The translations under genes were made by a program, and so were the position numbers. From positions 1-58,779 of IMG/VR virus record IMGVR_UViG_3300022851_000005: 58,779 nt of DNA; one strand, 5' to 3'. This stretch comes from a virus. Taxonomy: Duplodnaviria > Caudoviricetes. The notes beneath the pieces are model-generated. The model was not told the DNA's origin and searched no databases. It was given only the letters and a program-made list of their open reading frames with translations. This document shows, in pieces, positions 20,260-28,789 of the stretch. The stretch's first letter is position 1. The number at the start of each line of letters is the position of its first letter.

Positions 20260-21563
20260 TAACCCACCAAGTCGTTATAACTAGTTGCTTGTCGAAACTT
20301 TTCTATAGCATCTCTAGTTTCCGTAGTATTATTAATAAACTTTGCGGCCAAATCTTTAAACATCTGAGCCTGTTTATTCGGATCTCTTTCACCCATTATT
20401 ATAGCTATATCTATTTTAAGCACTTTATCTAACTGTACTTTCATAAGCTCAATATATAGATCGTTCTTGAACTCATCCTTTAAGTTTTCCTTCTTATCTA
20501 AGAAAACACCTAAAGTCTTAAAAGCTAATGTCATCTGTTCAGGCTTATCAAAGAAAGCAGGGTTTACTCCTTGCTCATTTAATGTTTGAGCTAAAACTTG
20601 TATAGCCTCAGTAGATAGTTGTTCTCTTGCTAAATCTAGAAACCTAGCATTCTTATTAATATCGTTTAAGAAATCCTGTGAGGCTGTACCATCAGGAGCG
20701 TAATTACCTAGATTTTCTTTAGTTACTTCAGACTTTCCTTTATGAGTACCATCTGTATTAAGTCTTTGTTCTTTTGTAATAGCTAATAAAGTACCATCAG
20801 CCATTTGCTGTGTAGTTGTAGTAAAGGTAGATTCAGGAGGCTTGGTATCATATACTTTCTCTACTAGATCAGCAGTAGCTGACCAGTTAAGACTTTTATC
20901 ATAAGAAGACTTAAACAAATCTAAAGCTTTTCCGGGGAGTTCTCCAGAGATTCTAAGGTTCTCTATAGCTTCATTATCAACTTCTTGCTGGCTCTTACCT
21001 CCAAATAGATCTGTCATCTTATCAGCTATCCAACCGCCTACATTTTTAGGTCTAGTGTTTGATAAGTCTATTCTGCTCTGGAAGTCTTCAGGATCTATAA
21101 CCTTTTGAGCTGCTTGTTCTGCTTTAGTAAATAGTGAGGCTTGTTCTGCTCCTAGCTTAGTAGCCTGAACACGCGCAGCAGCGGCCATAGTGTTCTTACC
21201 AGAAGGGGATAGAGTAGCTAAATCAACCCCCTCCATACGCCGAGCTAATATCCTTTCATAATTACTATCTGCAAAGAACGTATCCATTCCTTTTCTTGAA
21301 AGCTCTATAGCGTCTCTAGTCTGTTTAACATAGAGTTTGTTATCATAGTCAGTCTTATTCTTAGCTTTAGACGCCATAATATCAGCGTTCTGATTAAACT
21401 GATCAGCTCTTTTAGATAAGATGCGATTACCTATACCTACTCCTAACTGTATAGCTAGTTGAGCAAATACACTCTTATCATCATCTTTACTATCTTCCCT
21501 TCGCTTATTAGAGTCTTCAAGAAGTGAAGCCCCTAAAGGGGCTATATCAAATCGTTTAGCCAA
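20259..21563 (-). CDS. Putative internal virion protein
   Basis: Position in ejection module; helical composition. Confidence 0.6.
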   Translation of the reverse strand: MAKRFDIAPLGASLLEDSNKRREDSKDDDKSVFAQLAIQLGVGIGNRILSKRADQFNQNADIMASKAKNKTDYDNKLYVKQTRDAIELSRKGMDTFFADSNYERILARRMEGVDLATLSPSGKNTMAAAARVQATKLGAEQASLFTKAEQAAQKVIDPEDFQSRIDLSNTRPKNVGGWIADKMTDLFGGKSQQEVDNEAIENLRISGELPGKALDLFKSSYDKSLNWSATADLVEKVYDTKPPESTFTTTTQQMADGTLLAITKEQRLNTDGTHKGKSEVTKENLGNYAPDGTASQDFLNDINKNARFLDLAREQLSTEAIQVLAQTLNEQGVNPAFFDKPEQMTLAFKTLGVFLDKKENLKDEFKNDLYIELMKVQLDKVLKIDIAIIMGERDPNKQAQMFKDLAAKFINNTTETRDAIEKFRQATSYNDLVG

Positions 21564-22164
21564 CTGGCTTCTCCATTAATGATGCTGGTTCTTCTCCACC
21601 TTCTACAGGGGATTCAGCAGATTGACTAGGTTTCTCCATAAGACTAGCTACAGAAGAGTTTTCTATCTTCTTTACTATCTCAGGACTAATAGCTGTCTTA
21701 GGTATTGTTTTAGACTTCGGAGTCTTCTTAGCGATCTCTTGAGATAAGGCATTAGATTTATCTTCCATGTCTTCTTCATCAGGCTCATTATCTATCTTAT
21801 AATCTATCCCTGCTCTCTCTGCTAAAGCCATAAGCATATAGGCTGTAGGCTCTACAAGCATTAGCATTAGATCAGGATTCCATTTACCTGCTGAGAACCC
21901 TGCTGATAATAGGTTCTGAGTAACGTCCATTATAGTAGCTTCGCTTGCATCAATTAATTGCATTATAGGAACGAAGTTCTCTTCTTCTGTTAACTTAACA
22001 AATATTTCCTCTTGAGCCTTTTTAGCACTAGTGAACTTAGGAGCTTGTTCAAAAGCTCGGGGTTGCTCTGGGTCGTGTGTAAGGCTCTCTCCGGGAATAG
22101 GACGATCCATAGTGGACATCTCTTTCGCCATAATAGCTTGGTCGTCATTTTGCATTTCCGACAT
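21556..22164 (-). CDS. Conserved-type structural-module hypothetical protein
   Basis: PIPGESLT..P..FEQAP, GKWNPDL motifs; coupled to neighbours. Confidence 0.65.
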   Translation of the reverse strand: MSEMQNDDQAIMAKEMSTMDRPIPGESLTHDPEQPRAFEQAPKFTSAKKAQEEIFVKLTEEENFVPIMQLIDASEATIMDVTQNLLSAGFSAGKWNPDLMLMLVEPTAYMLMALAERAGIDYKIDNEPDEEDMEDKSNALSQEIAKKTPKSKTIPKTAISPEIVKKIENSSVASLMEKPSQSAESPVEGGEEPASLMEKPVG

Positions 22165-23222
22165 TATATTCTAAGCTTCCCTGTAGGTGATAAGCCTCTT
22201 TGTAGTGTGTACTGATAAGCATCAGTAGGCTGGTATTGACTCATTTGCATTCTGTTGAAGGTTGTAGCCCCAAAGTCATAACCACTTCTAGTATAATAGT
22301 CTTGAGCCATCTGTATAGAAGCTGGTGAACTATAAGAAGCAACGCCTCTAGCTTTACGATCTTCAATCTCTTCAGGAGTACCTTGTAAGTAGTTATTTAG
22401 GGCGTTTTTTCCAGTAGTGAATATAGCATCCCTAGCTTCCTCTCCTAAATTAAACTTAGTACCAAATACCTCTATATCTTGATTAAGGAAATCAAGCACT
22501 CCTTTACCTTTAGTTTGGGACTCAGCGTACTCTTTAGCTAAGTCATTAGATATCTCTGTCATAGACTTGAACCTATCTACTGGTTCTATCTTACCAAGAA
22601 AATCTTCTCCTGCCATACCTGAAGACTCGAAGTCCTTTACTCCTTTAAGTTTACTAGGCTGTACTGCATCAATCCCCGGAACATCTATATCTACTACATC
22701 GCTTACTGTAGCTACAGGCTTAGGGACTAATGAGGCAGCGAACTCTTTATTTGTTAATTTAAAGGGATCTAGGACTTCGGAGAAACCTTTAGCAGTATCT
22801 CCCATCCAGCCCTGAAAAGCTTCTGTTAATGTACCCTCAGTAGCGACTTTAAGTCCTACTTTCTCTAGAACTTTTCCCCCTACTTTAGATATAAAGCTTG
22901 AGATACCCTCTGTAACACTAGAGAACACATTACCTACAGTGCTTGCAAACTTACCAGCAGTAGATAGTATATTCCCTACTCCCCTAGCAAGAGTACCCAT
23001 AATACCTGTACCTGTTGCTCCTAATAATCCGCCTGTTAAGGCTCCAAAGCCTTTAGCAAGGAGACCCCCTACTCCGGGCATAATAAACATTAGACCTATT
23101 TGGCCTACAATGCCTAGCTTACCTACAACTTTACCTATTTTACCGGCTATTTTTTTAATACCTGAACCGATCTTTTTAAAGACTTTTTTAATACCTTTAA
23201 ATACTTTAGAAAAGAATCCCAA
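22164..23222 (-). CDS. Putative ejection/pilot protein with cationic amphipathic N-terminus
   Basis: TTG start with RBS gaggt; MGFFSKVFKGIKKVFKKIG followed by Gly-rich hydrophobic segment. Confidence 0.65.
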   Translation of the reverse strand: MGFFSKVFKGIKKVFKKIGSGIKKIAGKIGKVVGKLGIVGQIGLMFIMPGVGGLLAKGFGALTGGLLGATGTGIMGTLARGVGNILSTAGKFASTVGNVFSSVTEGISSFISKVGGKVLEKVGLKVATEGTLTEAFQGWMGDTAKGFSEVLDPFKLTNKEFAASLVPKPVATVSDVVDIDVPGIDAVQPSKLKGVKDFESSGMAGEDFLGKIEPVDRFKSMTEISNDLAKEYAESQTKGKGVLDFLNQDIEVFGTKFNLGEEARDAIFTTGKNALNNYLQGTPEEIEDRKARGVASYSSPASIQMAQDYYTRSGYDFGATTFNRMQMSQYQPTDAYQYTLQRGLSPTGKLRI

Positions 23223-23246
23223 TTTAAATTACCTCATACTTATTCA

Positions 23247-25541
23247 TTATTCAAACATACTCTTAAATGTATTTACTAGCGTATTTGCCGTTGAGTAGTT
23301 ATTTCTAGAAGCATAGCCTTCATGCGTTAAGGCTGTAGCATATAAATTAGCTACGTTAGCCTGATAGCTTACAAAGTTCTGCTGCTCGAAGGCCGCTTGG
23401 TCTCTTACTTCCTGCCACAAACTATCTAATGCAGACTTCTCTAAACCGAAAGCGTTCAAAGCGTTCTGCTGATTAACTGCATTCTGAGTAGCCGTGTCTA
23501 CTGTGTTTGCTTGACGCCTCCAAGCTATATTAGATTGCTCAATCGCCTGCTTATTAGCAGCGTTCCATTGGTCTCTTTGAAAGTCTTTCTCAGCGTTAAA
23601 CTGATTCATGCTGTTTTCTTGAGAAGTGTTAAACTGCGCCATAGCATTACGCTGTGAAGTGTTATGCATATTTACTTGAGCAGTAAGACTACCCATAAAC
23701 TGATTTATCTGGTTCTCTGAGCCTGCGTTAAACTGTTTAGCTGCGTTCGATGCTGCTTGATTACTTAGTAATGTCTGTTGTTTTAACTGAGAATTTATAA
23801 CTCCTGTCTGCTGCTCATTAGATAGATTAGACATATCCATAGCGAGGAAGTTTTTGGCATTCTCTATTTGTAATCTTGTATTGAAATCGGCTGTAGCTAT
23901 ATCTGCATTAGCTTTAAGAGTAGCGTTCTGTAGAACACCTTGTTGCTCATTAGATAGGTTAGCTAGTGAAGACGTTTCCATCCACTTACTGTTAGATAGT
24001 GCTACCTGTTGACTAAGATCTAATTTAGTAAAGTCCATCCTAGCATTAGTAGCGGCATTAGCTATAGCCGCCTGTTGAGCTGTACTAAGATTAGCAACTT
24101 TCATTTCGCTAGCTAGTTGAGCGTTAATAGTCCCAACTTGTAACTCTGACTGTAAGTTAGCTAACTCAACCTTAGTAACGGCATCTAGATTCGCTTGATC
24201 AGCTTGGCTCATTGATTGAAGGTTAGCTAAGCTAATCTGATTCTTCTCAGACATGTTAGCTATTTCCATCTGATTAGCAAACTGAGCGTTAGCTGATCTT
24301 AAGTCTGCAATAGTAGAATACTTTAACTGAGCGTTCTGAGCATTAAGCTGCCCTTCTACTATATTAGCTTGTGAACCTAACTGAGCATCAGTAATAGCTT
24401 TTTGCTGAGCATTTTGTAGATTTTGAGCTGCTCTTTCCTTAACAGCTTGAGCGTTCCCTTGAGCAAGAGGAAGAGCACTTTGTACTATAGCAGAGAACAG
24501 AGCTGTCTGGCCTACTGTAGAGGCATCCATTCCTCTGGCCATCATCATAGCTTCTACTTGCTGAACAGCAGGAAGAGCCCACGCAGGGGTCTTACCACTC
24601 TCTATGCCAGCAAGGAGCGCATCCATCTGAGTAGTAACTAAAGCCTCTAAAGGAAGCTCTTGAAATACTGTAGCTACTTCAACAGAAGCAATATCAATAT
24701 CTTCTAGATTAGGTAGTCCATCTTCTTCAATCTGGGCTGCAATACCTTGAGCAACATCATCATTAGATATCTGAGCTGCTTTTATTAATTTATCTGCTAT
24801 GTCCGCTTTAGGTGTAGGGCCACCAAATGAAGCAGCCTCACCAGTAATAGTCTTAGTTAAAGAACCTTCTCCTAAAGCTGCATTGTCTATATGATCTTTA
24901 GCAGTCTTAGCGTTCTCTATTTGCTCAGGAGTTAATGTAGCCCCTGTAATAGGGTCTATCCCTATGTCTTGTTGGTTTGCTAGTTCTTTAGATACTTTAC
25001 CTACTGCGGTAATAACGGCTGGAGTGTCTGATAAGATTTCAGGAGTTATAGTAGCAGAGGTTATAGGTTTAGGTGTCCCTGCATAGAGAGTACCAGTGTT
25101 CTTAGCTAGAGGTGTAGGTACTCCAGTAGCTATCTGCTCCGCTTCTCCACTTAATATAAGCGAGTCTAAATCTATAGGAAGCGCAGTCGTCTTAGCACTA
25201 AGGCTTGTTTCTCCTTTAGAGATACTCTCCATAGTAACGCCAGTTCTTTTAGCGCGTTCTTCTGAAATAGAATCGAGTGAAGTAGGATCAGAAGGTTCTG
25301 TAGAGCCACCTGTAGAGCCACCTGTAGAGCCACCTGTAGATCCACCTGTTCCTACATCAAAATCAAATTCAAAATCCCCTATAGTATCTAAATAGCGATT
25401 TGTAGGCATAGGGTCTGCTTTTTCGGAGGGTCGAACGGTAGGTTTACTATTGGACTCAAAATCATATCTCTCATCGTCTTTAGCTCTAGTATCTGAATAA
25501 CGATTCGTAGGCATAGATGTACTGTCGTTAACTTCTCGCAT
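23247..25541 (-). CDS. Putative internal virion/ejection protein, Q/N/A-rich coiled repeats
   Basis: Repeated (A/S)NL(S/Q)N.QQ and QFN(A) motifs typical of pilot-type proteins. Confidence 0.7.
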   Translation of the reverse strand: MREVNDSTSMPTNRYSDTRAKDDERYDFESNSKPTVRPSEKADPMPTNRYLDTIGDFEFDFDVGTGGSTGGSTGGSTGGSTEPSDPTSLDSISEERAKRTGVTMESISKGETSLSAKTTALPIDLDSLILSGEAEQIATGVPTPLAKNTGTLYAGTPKPITSATITPEILSDTPAVITAVGKVSKELANQQDIGIDPITGATLTPEQIENAKTAKDHIDNAALGEGSLTKTITGEAASFGGPTPKADIADKLIKAAQISNDDVAQGIAAQIEEDGLPNLEDIDIASVEVATVFQELPLEALVTTQMDALLAGIESGKTPAWALPAVQQVEAMMMARGMDASTVGQTALFSAIVQSALPLAQGNAQAVKERAAQNLQNAQQKAITDAQLGSQANIVEGQLNAQNAQLKYSTIADLRSANAQFANQMEIANMSEKNQISLANLQSMSQADQANLDAVTKVELANLQSELQVGTINAQLASEMKVANLSTAQQAAIANAATNARMDFTKLDLSQQVALSNSKWMETSSLANLSNEQQGVLQNATLKANADIATADFNTRLQIENAKNFLAMDMSNLSNEQQTGVINSQLKQQTLLSNQAASNAAKQFNAGSENQINQFMGSLTAQVNMHNTSQRNAMAQFNTSQENSMNQFNAEKDFQRDQWNAANKQAIEQSNIAWRRQANTVDTATQNAVNQQNALNAFGLEKSALDSLWQEVRDQAAFEQQNFVSYQANVANLYATALTHEGYASRNNYSTANTLVNTFKSMFE
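25299..25348 (-). repeat. 12-bp tandem repeat encoding (GGST)n linker
   Basis: tgtagagccacc repeated about 4 times. Confidence 0.85.
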
Positions 25542-25547
25542 TACTCT

Positions 25548-25576
25548 ATTATACTCTTAATTTTATTGTTTGTCAA
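25548..25576 (-). promoter_or_regulatory. Perfect sigma70 promoter, leaderless, for the 764-aa gene
   Basis: TTGACA-17-TATAAT, then 6 nt (agagta), then ATG at 25541. Confidence 0.85.
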
Positions 25577-25580
25577 GTTA

Positions 25581-25973
25581 TTATTTACCCATTATAGACT
25601 TAACAGTCCCTACAGTCTTACTAGCTAAAGGTACTCCTGCACTTACTGAGAATACAGATATAATCATATATTGGAACCAAGTAGGAGTAGCATCGAGAGC
25701 TATGAATCCTGCTAAAACATACCCATCATACCCCGGAACAAAGCACATTATCACTGGAATGCTTAAAAGTATAAGCACATACTCGTCTTTCCAAGTACCT
25801 TTAAGTCCTTCAGTCCTTACCATATCTGCTTGAAACTCTGAAGCCTCTGCTTTCTGTACACCCTCTATAGTCTTTTGGTGTCTTAACTCTACTAGTTCAT
25901 TCTTTCTAGCTCTGTTGTCCTGAAAAGTCTTTAAAGGACTAATAAGGGCATTTATTAAACTCATCCAAGGCAT
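25581..25973 (-). CDS. Putative holin
   Basis: TWKDEY..ILLSIP..CFVP...GF.AL..TPTWFQ; two TM segments, basic C-terminus. Confidence 0.65.
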   Translation of the reverse strand: MPWMSLINALISPLKTFQDNRARKNELVELRHQKTIEGVQKAEASEFQADMVRTEGLKGTWKDEYVLILLSIPVIMCFVPGYDGYVLAGFIALDATPTWFQYMIISVFSVSAGVPLASKTVGTVKSIMGK

Positions 25974-25974
25974 A

Positions 25975-26278
25975 TTATTTCCCTATGCTAAATAGATTAT
26001 TAAACCAAGCAAGGCCTAAAGTGCCTCCTATAGTTAGGATACCTATTACAACCTTTTTAAAAGCTGAAGCTGCGTACTTATTAAAACCATTTTCTATAAT
26101 TTCTATAACATCTTCTTTAGTAGCTACTTTTTCATTCAAAATATCTAAACGTTCATGAAAGGCATTTAGTGATGCTTTATTCTCTACAGCTAATTCTCTA
26201 GCCCTCTCTACATCTGAACGTAAGGCTACCTGCTCTATTTGTAGTTTATTTATTTGCTCTCGCATAAAATTATCTGTC
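25975..26278 (-). CDS. Coiled-coil protein with C-terminal TM helix (lysis-accessory/XhlA-like architecture)
   Basis: Heptad N-terminus, single C-terminal hydrophobic helix; next to holin; start approximate. Confidence 0.5.
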
Positions 26279-26333
26279 ACGTTTATCCTTGGTTAATACC
26301 AATAGTATTTAGAGAGTTTATCGGAACCACTCA

Positions 26334-26660
26334 TTAGAGTCTTCTCCAGTATTCATAAGGCCTGTCATTGAATATCTCAGGGTCGTCCCACGTTAATGAA
26401 TCTATCTCCATTGGGTTATCTTTATAACCATACTTCAAATGAAATCCTATGTACGTCCAGAGCCACTTAAAATACCCTTTCCAAGTCCACTCAGCTGTAT
26501 CCGAGAATTCTATCTGCTGTATAACATGAATTATCTCATTGTTGATTGTGCGTATTTTCTCTGCCAAGGTGAATTTTATACGGCTGTTTACTACAGCGCG
26601 ATTAGGGAAGCCACCAAAGCCGTTCTTGCTAAGTGGTAGGGGCCAGAAGCTAACTTTCAT
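26334..26660 (-). CDS. Zincin-like small protein with degenerate HExxH (NEIIH)
   Basis: NEIIHVIQQIE ... YKDNPMEID pattern. Confidence 0.5.
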   Translation of the reverse strand: MKVSFWPLPLSKNGFGGFPNRAVVNSRIKFTLAEKIRTINNEIIHVIQQIEFSDTAEWTWKGYFKWLWTYIGFHLKYGYKDNPMEIDSLTWDDPEIFNDRPYEYWRRL

Positions 26661-26910
26661 TTTCAGTCTGAGCTGCTAAATGAGCCTGATAAGCCGCGAC
26701 AACTTCGTCAGTATGCACAGCCGAGCAGATTACCTGAACCTCTGCTGACTCATTGCTGTAGTCGTCGCCTGCTGTGACAACGTGCCTATGGTATCCAGAA
26801 GATAACTCCGCGCCATCTTCGAGAACCTTGGTGCAGGTTCTAATCTGTACGCTTTTAAACTCACCACAAATCTCAATCTTGTCTTCAGATACTACTTTTT
26901 CAAGTGCCAT
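26650..26910 (-). CDS. Tail-fibre-associated small protein
   Basis: DKIE...VQIRT.T...DG.ELS..YHRHVV motif recalled from genes that follow tail fibres in marine phages. Confidence 0.65.
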   Translation of the reverse strand: MALEKVVSEDKIEICGEFKSVQIRTCTKVLEDGAELSSGYHRHVVTAGDDYSNESAEVQVICSAVHTDEVVAAYQAHLAAQTENES

Positions 26911-27410
26911 TACGCGGCCTCCTTCTTATATGTTTTATTCAAAACCACATTGCTAATTGTGGCAGATGTCGTGTTATACATTTTAGCAATAGCTGTTTGT
27001 GTCATACCATCTTGATAGAGAACTCGCATCTTCTCCGCTTCTTCAAACGAAAAGTGCCTGCTTTTTAATCCTTGTTGCCTAGCAACCTCTCGTTGTTTTT
27101 CTGATGGACTACGAAGTCCGGTAGCGAAAGCGTGCTTATGGTTTTCAGAGTGATTGCACCACTCAAGGTTTGCCACTCGATTGTCTAACTTGTCACCGTT
27201 AATGTGGTTAACACAGTCCTTGCTTTCGTGCTTATTACAAAACGCTAATGCGACCAAACGGTGAATCGATTGTGTTTTATTGTGAAGTCTTACTGACAGG
27301 TATCCGCTTCCCGTTACGGCTGGTTTTAACCACCTGTTAGTCTTGTAACTCCATACGCGCCCATCCTCGCTGACCGCGTATGCCTCATCGATGTTTTTAA
27401 GTTCTGCCAT
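26910..27410 (-). CDS. HNH homing endonuclease with NUMOD4-like N-terminus and C-terminal HTH
   Basis: YAVSEDGRVWS, IHRLVALAF, VNHINGDKLDNRVANLEW. Confidence 0.9.
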   Translation of the reverse strand: MAELKNIDEAYAVSEDGRVWSYKTNRWLKPAVTGSGYLSVRLHNKTQSIHRLVALAFCNKHESKDCVNHINGDKLDNRVANLEWCNHSENHKHAFATGLRSPSEKQREVARQQGLKSRHFSFEEAEKMRVLYQDGMTQTAIAKMYNTTSATISNVVLNKTYKKEAA

Positions 27411-27459
27411 TGTGTGTTGCTCCTGTCTGTGCCTACCGTCCGGTGGGCATATGGTTTGT

Positions 27460-28785
27460 TTATTCTGTGAGATAAGTAACGGTCACCCAAACGTAATCGC
27501 TAGACGCTCCATTTGTTGCAAGAATGTCGTCCTGATACACGTTTGCCTGATACCCTAAATTGTCCAACTGTCTAAACTGTAGTGTTGTTGAGGCGTCAGC
27601 CGCGAAAATACATAATCCTGTAGCACCCGTGCCAAGCATTCTTACTTGAACATTTCCAATGCAGTCTACAAGGGGGGTGAATGGCATCCCTTGTAGATAG
27701 AGCAAGCCGTTGTTGGTATTGGTTACGGTGAAATTTGATTTCCACGTGATGGTCACGCTGTCACCTGTTTTGACGTAGTAGCCTGTCGCTGTAGTTAGGA
27801 AATTAGATCCTTCGTACAAAGCGCCGCTAAAAGTTCCAGCCTCATAATCATCCAGCAGATTAGCCGCTGCCGTTCCGCCGATGTACGCGCCGCCTGTGAG
27901 GGTTGTTGCGCCACTAACATCAAGTGTTCCTGTGATGTCAGTAGCGCCAGCGGCTAGGGTGCTAGTGCCTATATCAATAGCGCCGAATCCAGAGGTAATC
28001 GAGCCTGAATTCAAAGCGCCTGTTGTGACTAGGTTAGATAGAGTGGTAATAGCCGATTGAGACGCGCCTGTGACTGTAGCTGCGCTGCCGGAAGCATCGC
28101 CCGTGAGAGCGCCTACAAGGCTCGTAGAGGTGATAGAGGTGGCGCCAGTAACCACGCCAGCGTCTACGTTGATAGTTCCGTCCAGAACAATTGCAGAACC
28201 AGAGGCAGGGGTTAAATTCAATGCGCCTGTCGAGGCCGTGATGGTATTGCCGTTGACATTGACGTTATCGACTTGGAGCGCTGTTAGCGTACCTAAGCTG
28301 GTTATCGCGGTTTGAGCTGCGCCAGTCACGGTAGCCGCTGTACCTGATGCGTTGCCTGTTAAGTTGCCCACGAAAGCCGTTGCGGTCAGTACTCCTGTAA
28401 CTCCTAGAGTACCAGCTATAAGTCCATTACCTTTTAGGTGCAAATCTTTAAAGCCTAAAGATGCTGTACCTAGATTAATATCGTTATTAGTTACAGGAGC
28501 TATAACGCCATCTGATACAGTAAACTGCTCTACAGAAACACTGGATACATCTACCCAGAAACCTACATTATTATTACCTGTATCTATCTCTACTTTATTA
28601 AGAGGAGTAGCTACGCCTGCATCGCCTATTACTCCTATTACAGGCCCTTCATTAGCAGTACCATCATGAGAGTGACCAGTAGTATTACTATATGAAGATG
28701 CTAAAGCATCATACTCATTATTATGATCAGAAGCTTCAATGATATCCTCATCACTAAAGCTCGATTGTCTTGTGAATCCTGCCAA
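27460..28785 (-). CDS. Tail fibre protein
   Basis: Anchor N-terminus (GHSHDGT..EG), G/T/A-rich repeats, ANLLDDYEAGTF and GYYVKTGDSVT tip motifs; TTG start, RBS aggag. Confidence 0.85.
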   Translation of the reverse strand: MAGFTRQSSFSDEDIIEASDHNNEYDALASSYSNTTGHSHDGTANEGPVIGVIGDAGVATPLNKVEIDTGNNNVGFWVDVSSVSVEQFTVSDGVIAPVTNNDINLGTASLGFKDLHLKGNGLIAGTLGVTGVLTATAFVGNLTGNASGTAATVTGAAQTAITSLGTLTALQVDNVNVNGNTITASTGALNLTPASGSAIVLDGTINVDAGVVTGATSITSTSLVGALTGDASGSAATVTGASQSAITTLSNLVTTGALNSGSITSGFGAIDIGTSTLAAGATDITGTLDVSGATTLTGGAYIGGTAAANLLDDYEAGTFSGALYEGSNFLTTATGYYVKTGDSVTITWKSNFTVTNTNNGLLYLQGMPFTPLVDCIGNVQVRMLGTGATGLCIFAADASTTLQFRQLDNLGYQANVYQDDILATNGASSDYVWVTVTYLTE

Positions 28786-28789
28786 GGTC

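Noticed and set aside
22012-28669. + strand ORFs antisense to structural genes (22567, 22939, 24423, 25096, 25570, 28070, 28352 and others)
   Set aside because: Mirror ORFs of Gly/Ala/Thr-rich genes, with no initiation signals
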